This document shows, one piece after another, positions 19,245 to 26,366 of a stretch of 64,000 nucleotides of DNA. This DNA comes from a bacterium (GTDB taxonomy: Bacteria > Zixibacteria > MSB-5A5 > WJJR01), in contig JAKAKI010000081.1 of NCBI GenBank assembly GCA_021813505.1, positions 65,409 through 129,408 of the forward strand, read 5' to 3'. Positions within the stretch are counted from its first letter, which is position 1. Each line of letters opens with the position of its first letter. The notes beneath the pieces were generated by a model, which ran no database searches, was not told the DNA's origin, and saw only the letters and a list, made by a program, of their open reading frames with translations. The position numbers and the translations under genes are program-made.

Positions 19245-19519
19245 GGGTTCGTGCACCCGCCTTCGACCCCGACCGATGGGGCAGTTCTGATCACCGACTC
19301 CGGCCGAGCGACCCTGCGGCACACGAAAAATAACGCCGACCGCTGCTACCTTCCGGTCCTGACGGGGTTAAGCATCTTTCCGTTGCGCAAGACCCGGCCC
19401 TCAACATCGACTGGTCCGACCTGCGGTCCACCGTTCTGACAGGCCTCGGGCGGTCTTCAGCCCCGGTATAGCGGGTTCCGGGTACAGGGCACCGCTAACT
19501 CCCCGCCTAGCACGAACCC
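19245..19519 (-). ncRNA. ffs: Signal recognition particle RNA, large (Alu-domain) bacterial type
   Basis: Minus strand: 5' GGTTCGTGCTAGGCGGGGAGTTAGCGGTGCCCTGTACCCG (Alu-like), helix-8 motif CCCCGTCAGGACCGGAAGGTAGCAGCGG, 5'/3' terminal pairing GGTTCGTGC/GCACGAACC; canonical position upstream of dnaX. Confidence 0.93.
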
Positions 19520-19524
19520 GGTGG

Positions 19525-19553
19525 ATTATACGTTTTAACGGAGATTGGAACAA
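19525..19553 (-). promoter_or_regulatory. Sigma70-type promoter of the SRP RNA
   Basis: TTGTTC-17 nt-TATAAT ending 5 nt before the RNA 5' end. Confidence 0.75.
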
Positions 19554-19708
19554 GAGCAATGGTCGGCGCGGGGCGTTTCCGGCTATCACTTTGAGTGACA
19601 TGGTGCTCGGGCTTTGCCCGAGCACCGCGGCCGGGGGTGGCCGCGCCAGATTTCCCCTCGCGCCGCGGACCCCTCTAAAACGATGAATTCTGAAATCCCG
19701 AAATCGCG

Positions 19709-19714
19709 TATAAT
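19709..19714 (+). promoter_or_regulatory. -10 box for a probably leaderless transcript
   Basis: Perfect TATAAT 6 nt before ATG 19721; no SD; GAAATC direct repeat just upstream. Confidence 0.55.
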
Positions 19715-19720
19715 AAAAGT

Positions 19721-20326
19721 ATGCGACGGCTTGCCACAGTTGGCGCGCTCCTGGTGGCGATATCTTCGTTTCTAGCGTTGCAGGCCATCTGTCGCCCCTA
19801 TCTGCTTTGCGTCGTACGCGTCTGTAAGATGGACGGGGCTCAAGCCGGTCTGATGCCGGCGTGCGCCACCGAGGACGATAGCGCACCCAATTGCCGTATG
19901 GCATCAGGGTGCCGGGATAAACGACCATGTGACTCGCCGTGTAGCCAAGAAGAGACGGATTCCGAAGAGACAAGTTGTTTCGGAATGCCTGCCGGGGACA
20001 TTGACGCCATGCCATGCCTGGCGGGTGGTCGTGCCTCCGACATGAACTGTTGCCTCGACGGCAAGCCGAGCGAAGGGCGCGCCCGCTGCCCCAAACGGGT
20101 ACTCTCCTGTTTCTATTGCATTCCGGCGCGATTTGTCTGGGAACCGCCCCCGCTGTATGCCACTCGCGATGCCGACCATGCGAATGCGCTGGCAATTGTC
20201 GCCACGGCAGCTCTGGCATCGGCGGATTTGATCCGCCAATCGACTCACGCTCATTCTCCGCCGGGTGTCCGGCACTCCATAGCTGGCACCGACCGGCGTA
20301 TTTCCATCTGCTCATTCCTCCTATGA
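19721..20326 (+). CDS. Cys-rich exported hypothetical protein, DUF2946/CruR-like upstream-ORF architecture
   Basis: Hydrophobic N-terminus, 16 Cys including CFYC, C-terminal HAHSPP followed by ICSFLL. Confidence 0.6.
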   Translation: MRRLATVGALLVAISSFLALQAICRPYLLCVVRVCKMDGAQAGLMPACATEDDSAPNCRMASGCRDKRPCDSPCSQEETDSEETSCFGMPAGDIDAMPCLAGGRASDMNCCLDGKPSEGRARCPKRVLSCFYCIPARFVWEPPPLYATRDADHANALAIVATAALASADLIRQSTHAHSPPGVRHSIAGTDRRISICSFLL

Positions 20327-20407
20327 GCCGTTCGACCATCGCTGTCCGTTAAGTGCCGGACCGATTCGTCCGGCACAAGAGTCGAATTATTTATCAGGAG
20401 GTATTCA

Positions 20408-20749
20408 GTGAATTTCAGGAATCTTACCTTGCGTGTACTCATTGCTGCCATCGTGGCGGCATCGTTTCTGACATCGGGTGCGGCCTTTGCGGCCGGGAAT
20501 TGTGATCCAGCCAACTGCAAGATGGCCGCCAAGGCCGAGTGCAAGGACAAGTGCAAGACTGGCGACATGAGCAAGTGTACGACGGAATGCAAAGAGAAGT
20601 GCAAATCCGGCGACATGAGCAAATGCACCGCCGAGTGCAAGGACAAATGCAAGTCTCAGTGCCAGGACCAGTGCAAAGACAACACGGCCTGCGCCAAGAA
20701 GTGCACTGCGATGACTGGGGCAAGCTGCCCCGGTAAGGGCAAGTCCTAA
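20408..20749 (+). CDS. Small secreted Cys/Lys-rich repeat protein (metallothionein-like)
   Basis: RBS AGGAGG, signal peptide ending AAFA, 15 Cys in about 85 mature residues, 16-aa repeats ECKDKCKTGDMSKCTT. Confidence 0.8.
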   Translation: MNFRNLTLRVLIAAIVAASFLTSGAAFAAGNCDPANCKMAAKAECKDKCKTGDMSKCTTECKEKCKSGDMSKCTAECKDKCKSQCQDQCKDNTACAKKCTAMTGASCPGKGKS

Positions 20750-20770
20750 GTCGCAGCTTGATCGTTAGTC

Positions 20771-20799
20771 GAGGGCCGGGCGCACGCTGCCCGGCCTTC
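20771..20799. terminator. Hairpin between convergent genes
   Basis: GAGGGCCGGGC...GCCCGGCCTTC. Confidence 0.55.
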
Positions 20800-22190
20800 T
20801 AATTTGGTATGTGATGAGCCGGCGAAGTGCGCGGCGGCTGGCAGGGATCCGCCGGTCCGGGACCGCTGCTGAAGACCGTGGCAATCAGGTCTATGACGTC
20901 GAAGACATCGGTCGCCTGGTCGGCATTCACATCTCCCCGTGAGACGGGGCAGTTGACATCGACTGTGTCGGGGGCGCCACTGAATGCGGCGCCGATGACA
21001 CCGTTGACGTCAAAAACATCCAGCAGTCCGTCATGATTCAGATCCCCCTGGTTTGGACAGATACAGGCGATGACACGGCAACTGAGATACACCGCACCGT
21101 ATCCGGTGCCGTTCTCGGCGATCGCGATGTCGGGGTCGGTGTCGCCATCGAGATCGGCGGCAGCGATGCCGAAGGGACGCGAGCCGGTGGCGACAGTTAT
21201 TCCGGGGGCAAAACTCCCGGCGCCATTGTTCGTCAAGATCGAGAAGTCGGCCGATTGATAATTGGCGGCGGCGATATCGATGGCACCATCGGCGTCCAGA
21301 TCGGCTGCCGTGATAGCGGACGGCCAGCCTCCAGCGGGGTATAGCGCTGGCGTGGCGAATGTCCCGTCGCCATTGTTAAGCATTACGGAGACACTGTCGC
21401 TCGTCCAATTCCCGGTCGCCAGGTCGGGATGAAGGTCGGCGTTGAAGTCGGCGGCGACGATAGCGCTTGGCCCAGTTCCCGCAGGGTAATTGACCTGCGC
21501 ACTGAACGTACCATCCCCATTGCCGGGAAGAATCGTGACGAAATTGCGGTATGACTTCGCGATCGCCAGATCGGGATGGCCGTCGCCATTCAAGTCGGCG
21601 GCAACCATACCGCTGGCGCTGTATCCGGCGGTGTCGACAACAGGAGCGGAAAAGATGCCGGTGCCATTGTTTTTCAGAATAGACACGCCGGTGCCCCCCG
21701 CCACGGCGAGGTCCAAGTCACCGTCGCCGTCGAAGTCGGCACCGGCGACGGCCGATGGCATGTTCTGGGTATTAAATGTCCCGGCCGCGCTGAAGTTTCC
21801 AGCGCCGTTATTCTTGAGGATCGATACATCGTTGCTGCCCCAGTTTGCAATGGCGAGATCAACATCGCCGTCGGCGTCAATATCAGCGGCACAAAGGGCA
21901 GAGCTGTAAGTTCCGGTCAAATACCACTGTGAGGGGGCGAAGCTGCCGTCGCCATAGTTCTTGAACACGCTGACCGAGCTGAGGGTTTCGCTGGCGTCAT
22001 TGGCGATGATCATGTCCCTGGCACCATCGCCGTTTACGTCGGCAATGGCGATTGCCCGTGGACTGTACGAGGCGCGATACAATGCTGGGGGACCGAAACA
22101 GAAGGTCTGGGCCTGGCCCGTTGATGCGCATAAGCCGAGCCTAGTCAGCATGACGGTTGCCATGCTCCCGATTCTCGCAGCCGTCTTCAT
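20799..22190 (-). CDS. Secreted FG-GAP/VCBS beta-propeller protein with C-terminal dockerin
   Basis: About 7 AD(L/F)(N/D)GDG.PDLA repeats; C-terminal duplicated Ca-loop GDLNHDGLLDVFDV / GDVNADQATDVFDV flanked by Cys; start 22190 or 22196. Confidence 0.88.
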   Translation of the reverse strand: MKTAARIGSMATVMLTRLGLCASTGQAQTFCFGPPALYRASYSPRAIAIADVNGDGARDMIIANDASETLSSVSVFKNYGDGSFAPSQWYLTGTYSSALCAADIDADGDVDLAIANWGSNDVSILKNNGAGNFSAAGTFNTQNMPSAVAGADFDGDGDLDLAVAGGTGVSILKNNGTGIFSAPVVDTAGYSASGMVAADLNGDGHPDLAIAKSYRNFVTILPGNGDGTFSAQVNYPAGTGPSAIVAADFNADLHPDLATGNWTSDSVSVMLNNGDGTFATPALYPAGGWPSAITAADLDADGAIDIAAANYQSADFSILTNNGAGSFAPGITVATGSRPFGIAAADLDGDTDPDIAIAENGTGYGAVYLSCRVIACICPNQGDLNHDGLLDVFDVNGVIGAAFSGAPDTVDVNCPVSRGDVNADQATDVFDVIDLIATVFSSGPGPADPCQPPRTSPAHHIPN

Positions 22191-22351
22191 CGCCATCTCC
22201 CTGTCCGGCGTGGCACGCCAGGCAAACTTGCCCCGCAAACGCGAAATCGTCTGCAGTCAATCTACACAATAATGCAATCTTGGCAAGATTCGGCGGCCGT
22301 TTTTGGGACGATCGCGGTCGTTGGTACCTTGACGTGAAGTCCCCCAACAGT

Positions 22352-22377
22352 TGAGGCCCGGGCTGGACCGGGCCTCA
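22352..22377 (-). terminator. Hairpin downstream of tRNA-Ala
   Basis: TGAGGCCCGG-gctgga-CCGGGCCTCA. Confidence 0.55.
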
Positions 22378-22388
22378 GAGTGCGAATT

Positions 22389-22464
22389 TGGTGGAGCAGA
22401 GCGGGATCGAACCGCCGACCTGTACGTTGCGAACGTACCGCTCTCCCAGCTGAGCTACTGCCCC
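22389..22464 (-). tRNA. tRNA-Ala (anticodon CGC)
   Basis: GGGGCAGTAGCTCAGCTGGGAGAGCG-GTACG-TTCGCAA-CGTAC-AGGTCGGCGGTTCGATCCCGCTCTGCTCCACCA; 76 nt, G3:U70 pair, encoded CCA. Confidence 0.97.
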
Positions 22465-22623
22465 ATGGGATCAGGGCGCGACTGCGAGCCTGGCGCCGTG
22501 ACGGTGCGAATATATTGCGGGATGCCCGGTTAACGCAAGGGGCTCGGGCGAGGTTTCACGCGCCAGGAATCACCGGGGTTCACATGCACAAGCCAGGACC
22601 AATCGCAACATGTTCGCGATTGG

Positions 22624-23178
22624 CTACTTTACGTCCTTCAGGGCGGCCTTGAGAGCGACAAAATCCGAGTCGTTGCCGACGCTATATTCATTGTCGATGA
22701 ACGCAAGTTTCCCGTCACGCCCGACCACGAAGACGGTTCTGCGATTGAAGCCGTTGTCGGCATTGTAGGTCCCGTACAGCTTGGCCACGGCGTGGTCATG
22801 GTCACTGAGCAATTCGAACGGGAGTTTGTGGTGCATGGCCCATTCGTGGTGCGAGAAGATATAATCGCCGGAAATCGCCCAAATGCGGACACCCAGTTTG
22901 GCCATATCGGCGAAACCATCGCGAAATGTGCAGACTTCCTTCGTGCATCCCCCGCTCCAGTCGGCGGGATAAAACGCCAGCAGAATCGGGCTCTTCTTGA
23001 CTTCGGTCGAGAGGGTCAGCTTCGAAAAGCTGACGGAATCTCGGGTGGCGAAACGCAGAGCGAAATCGGGGGCAACGGCACCCACTACGGGAACAGACGA
23101 TTCGGCAGCGCTTGTGGAACGAACCGAAATCGGAGCGACAACCAGCAAAACCGTCAAAAGGATCACGCGTCCAATCAT
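22624..23178 (-). CDS. Exported peroxiredoxin (AhpC/TSA, BCP/AhpE-like)
   Basis: RBS GAGGAGG, signal peptide, GAVAPDFAL, LAFYPADWSGGCTKEVC, LPFELLSD, RTVFVV. Confidence 0.88.
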   Translation of the reverse strand: MIGRVILLTVLLVVAPISVRSTSAAESSVPVVGAVAPDFALRFATRDSVSFSKLTLSTEVKKSPILLAFYPADWSGGCTKEVCTFRDGFADMAKLGVRIWAISGDYIFSHHEWAMHHKLPFELLSDHDHAVAKLYGTYNADNGFNRRTVFVVGRDGKLAFIDNEYSVGNDSDFVALKAALKDVK

Positions 23179-23538
23179 TGAACCTCCTCGCCGGGCTTCA
23201 AGCCGGCAAACATACACACTTGAACAACCCAGGCGCCTGTGTGTTCGCGCCAAAGCCGTGAAATCGTATGAATCTCCCGACAGGCCGGGGCAGGCGATGG
23301 GGCGAAACCACTGCGGCCGAGCGCTCTTTCAGGGGGAAATGGATGTCAAAAAGACCGGCGATCTCGGACGGAAAGTGGGATGTATTGTTGACCGGATGAA
23401 ATCCTGCCGATTATGTTGGGGATGTTGGGATTGCGTTGCCGGGCTTGGCCGGGCCTGGCGAAGTGGTCTCATCTACGGTTCTTGACCCGCCTTGTCACCG
23501 GATCGATAGCGGCCACAGCAAACTTTCAAAGAGAGCTT

Positions 23539-24384
23539 ATGCACCGGATCGTACACAAACGCGTAGTGGCTCCTGATACTGTGATGTTCCACATCGAGGC
23601 GCCCTGGGTGGCCCGCAAAGTCCAGCCGGGACAGTTTGTGATTGTCCGCTTGGACGAAAAGGGCGAACGGATTCCCCTGTCGCTTTCTGGTTGGGATGAG
23701 ATCGAAGGGACACTTCGGATCATCGTGCAGGGGATTGGCTTTACGACCAAGACGCTGATCCGGCTCAACGAAGGAGACATGATTCGCGACGTGGTTGGCC
23801 CTCTGGGACGGCGCACTCATTTGCCGCAGGACGGGACATTGGTCGTGATCGGCGGCGGTTACGGCGCCGGGGCAGTTATGCCGAATGCGCGCGAGGCCAA
23901 ATCCAAGGGACGGCGGACGATCGGGATTATCGGGGCGCGGACCAAGGAACTGGTATTGCTCGAGGATGAAATGCGCGAAGTTTGCGACGAAGTCTATATC
24001 ACGACCAATGACGGATCGTACGGCATCGAGGGGTTCGTGACGCACGCACTGACGAAGATTCTTGAAAAGGAATCGGTGGGAGCGATCCTGGCCATTGGGC
24101 CGGTGCCGATGATGAAGGCTGTCAGCGATATGACCAAACCGAAGCAGATCCCCACGTTCGTTTCCTTGAATGCGATCATGGTGGACGGCACCGGGATGTG
24201 CGGCGCCTGCCGGGTCACGGTGGGAGGGCAGACGAAGTTTGCCTGCTATGATGGTCCGGATTTCGACGGACACACGGTCAATTATGATGAACTGATGCTC
24301 CGCCAAAAAATGTACAAGACCCAGGAGGCGCAGGCGATGGACCTGTTCTGCCGGCTGGAAGAACAATTGCACGCCAAAGTCTGA
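23539..24384 (+). CDS. nfnA: NfnA/SudB-type FAD/NAD-binding subunit of electron-bifurcating transhydrogenase
   Basis: PGQFVIVR...GERIPL, VVGPLG, IGGGYG, GPVPMM, MVDGTGMCGACRV...CYDGPDF [2Fe-2S] signature. Confidence 0.9.
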   Translation: MHRIVHKRVVAPDTVMFHIEAPWVARKVQPGQFVIVRLDEKGERIPLSLSGWDEIEGTLRIIVQGIGFTTKTLIRLNEGDMIRDVVGPLGRRTHLPQDGTLVVIGGGYGAGAVMPNAREAKSKGRRTIGIIGARTKELVLLEDEMREVCDEVYITTNDGSYGIEGFVTHALTKILEKESVGAILAIGPVPMMKAVSDMTKPKQIPTFVSLNAIMVDGTGMCGACRVTVGGQTKFACYDGPDFDGHTVNYDELMLRQKMYKTQEAQAMDLFCRLEEQLHAKV

Positions 24385-24394
24385 CCACCTGAGG

Positions 24395-25888
24395 ATGACA
24401 CGCCCGATGGATAAGCCCGACAAACTCCCACTCAAGGAACGGATGAAAATCCCCCGGCAGTTGATGCCGGAGCAGGCACCGGAAGAACGCCGCCACAATT
24501 TCAGCGAGGTTCCGCTTGGACTGGACCCGGAAGCGGCCATGCGGGAGGCTTCGCGCTGTCTGGAGTGCCGCAAGCCGACGTGTGTGGATGGCTGCCCGGT
24601 GCGGATCGACATTCCGGCATTCGTGAAATTGATCGCCGAGGGAAAATTCGCCGACGCGGCGGAGAAGATCAAAGAAACGAATGTGCTCCCGGCGATTTGC
24701 GGCCGGGTGTGTCCGCAGGATGAACAGTGCGAGGCCGTCTGCCTGGTCGGCAAAAAGAACAAGCCTTTGGCAGTCGGCATGCTGGAAAGGTTTGCCGCGG
24801 ATTGGGAGCGCGCGTCGGGACATGTGAAAGACCCGAAAGTGGCGCCGCCCACAGGATGCAAAGTGGCCGTAGTGGGTTCGGGGCCGGCGGGTTTGACCGC
24901 GGCGTTCGAGTTGGCCAAACGCGGGCACAAAGTCACGATATTTGAGGCACTGCATCGCCCCGGTGGCGTGCTGTTCTATGGAATTCCGCGATTCCGGCTG
25001 CCGGGAGAAGTGATCGAGTCGGAGATTGCGTACCTGCAGAAGATGGGTGTCGAGATCATCTGCAATGCGCTGGTCGGAAAGCTGGTCACGGTTGATGAAC
25101 TGCTTGAGGAAGAAGGATTCGATTCGGTCTTTCTGGGGACTGGGGCGGGGCTGCCCTGGTTCACGGGTCTTCCGGGTGAGAATCTCAATGGCGTGTATTC
25201 GGCCAACGAATTTCTGACGCGGCTGAATCTGATGCGTTCGGACCTCTTCCCCGATCGCGCGACGCCGGTGTTCTGCGGCAAGCGGGTGGCGGTTATCGGC
25301 GGCGGCAACACGGCAATGGATGCGGCCCGTACGTCGTTGCGATTGGGACCGGAGAAGGTTTATCTCTTCTATCGCCGGACTCGTGAAGAGGCACCGGCAC
25401 GTTCGGAGGAGATCGACCACGCGATTGCGGAAGGAATCGACTTCCGCTGGCTGACGGCGCCGACGCGGTTCATCGGCAATGAAAACTACTTTGTGAAGCA
25501 AGTCGAGATCCAGCAGATGAGGCTGGGCGAGCCGGACAGTTCCGGCCGCCGCCGCCCGGAACCGGTACCCGGTTCGGAAGAGATATTCGATGTCGACACA
25601 GTTGTGCTGGCGCTGGGATTTGGAGTCAATCCGCTCATCACGGAGGCGACTCCCGAAATCAAGACCGACCGGCGCGGGGTGGTGCAAGTCGACAACGGAA
25701 CCGGGATGACATCCAAGGAGGGCGTCTTTGCCGCCGGGGACGTGATTACCGGTGGTGCCACGGTGATCCTCGCGATGGGCCAGGCCAAGACCGCAGCGCT
25801 TGGATTGCACAACTGGCTGATCCGCCGCAAGGGGTTGGATCTGCCGATTGAAGCGATGGTTTCACAAGCGGCCGCGCCGGCCGCTTGA
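24395..25888 (+). CDS. nfnB: NfnB/SudA-type large subunit (GltD-like flavoprotein)
   Basis: RCLECRKPTCVDGCPV, CGRVCPQDEQCE, GSGPAG, YGIPRFRLP, GGGNTAMDAAR, YRR, AGDVITG; adjacent to nfnA. Confidence 0.9.
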   Translation: MTRPMDKPDKLPLKERMKIPRQLMPEQAPEERRHNFSEVPLGLDPEAAMREASRCLECRKPTCVDGCPVRIDIPAFVKLIAEGKFADAAEKIKETNVLPAICGRVCPQDEQCEAVCLVGKKNKPLAVGMLERFAADWERASGHVKDPKVAPPTGCKVAVVGSGPAGLTAAFELAKRGHKVTIFEALHRPGGVLFYGIPRFRLPGEVIESEIAYLQKMGVEIICNALVGKLVTVDELLEEEGFDSVFLGTGAGLPWFTGLPGENLNGVYSANEFLTRLNLMRSDLFPDRATPVFCGKRVAVIGGGNTAMDAARTSLRLGPEKVYLFYRRTREEAPARSEEIDHAIAEGIDFRWLTAPTRFIGNENYFVKQVEIQQMRLGEPDSSGRRRPEPVPGSEEIFDVDTVVLALGFGVNPLITEATPEIKTDRRGVVQVDNGTGMTSKEGVFAAGDVITGGATVILAMGQAKTAALGLHNWLIRRKGLDLPIEAMVSQAAAPAA

Positions 25889-26007
25889 GGCGATTCGGCG
25901 GGTACGCGAACATTGTGTACCCGCCCATTCCATTCTCCTGCAGTCTGTTCGGCTTATTGATTGCCGCCAGCAATAGTGAAATAGAGAATTTTTTCGGTTT
26001 GTAACTC

Positions 26008-26035
26008 TTGACAAACCGTCGGCGCCGTGTATTCT
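26008..26035 (+). promoter_or_regulatory. Sigma70-type promoter candidate
   Basis: TTGACA-16 nt-TATTCT preceded by an AT-rich UP-like tract. Confidence 0.55.
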
Positions 26036-26366
26036 GCCGTCAGGGCTGTGCCCGTTCCAAAGGTGGTTCTGCGCGTAGTGCTGGTCATGCCTTTGGTGTC
26101 ACAGTTCAGAAGAGTATATAAAGTAGTCTAAATCTATCCTGGATACGGGGTCGGTAGTGCCGATGTCCCGCGATGGTGGAGTTTTGCAGCCTGGAGGCCA
26201 GGGGCGTTCGCCGCCCACCGGTGCCCGAAACTGTCCGAGAAGCCGCATGGCATTCCGGGCCGGCAGGCCGGTTGCCTGCAGGTGATTCAGCCTGCTGGGA
26301 AGCGGCAACTCGTCACTGTACCGACAATCATTCTGCGCACAGTGAAGTGCGAGATCAGGAGAGGTT

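Noticed and set aside
22389-22464. tRNA-Ala as an integration site of a genomic island or prophage
   Set aside because: No duplicated tRNA 3' end, integrase or phage genes seen in the window
23473-25810. Long antisense ORFs (e.g. 23473-24936, 24278-25810; also 2735-4033, 15115-16353, 52667-53854)
   Set aside because: They shadow well-supported genes on the opposite strand, as expected from high-GC codon bias, and show no recognisable motifs
24395-25888. Glutamate synthase small subunit
   Set aside because: No gltB nearby and an NfnA-type partner lies directly upstream
26200-26280. c-di-GMP-I riboswitch in the leader of the cohesin-like gene
   Set aside because: Only a 3'-like GGCAGGCCGGTTGCC segment; the GCAAA-stem-GNRA-stem-GACGC half is missing
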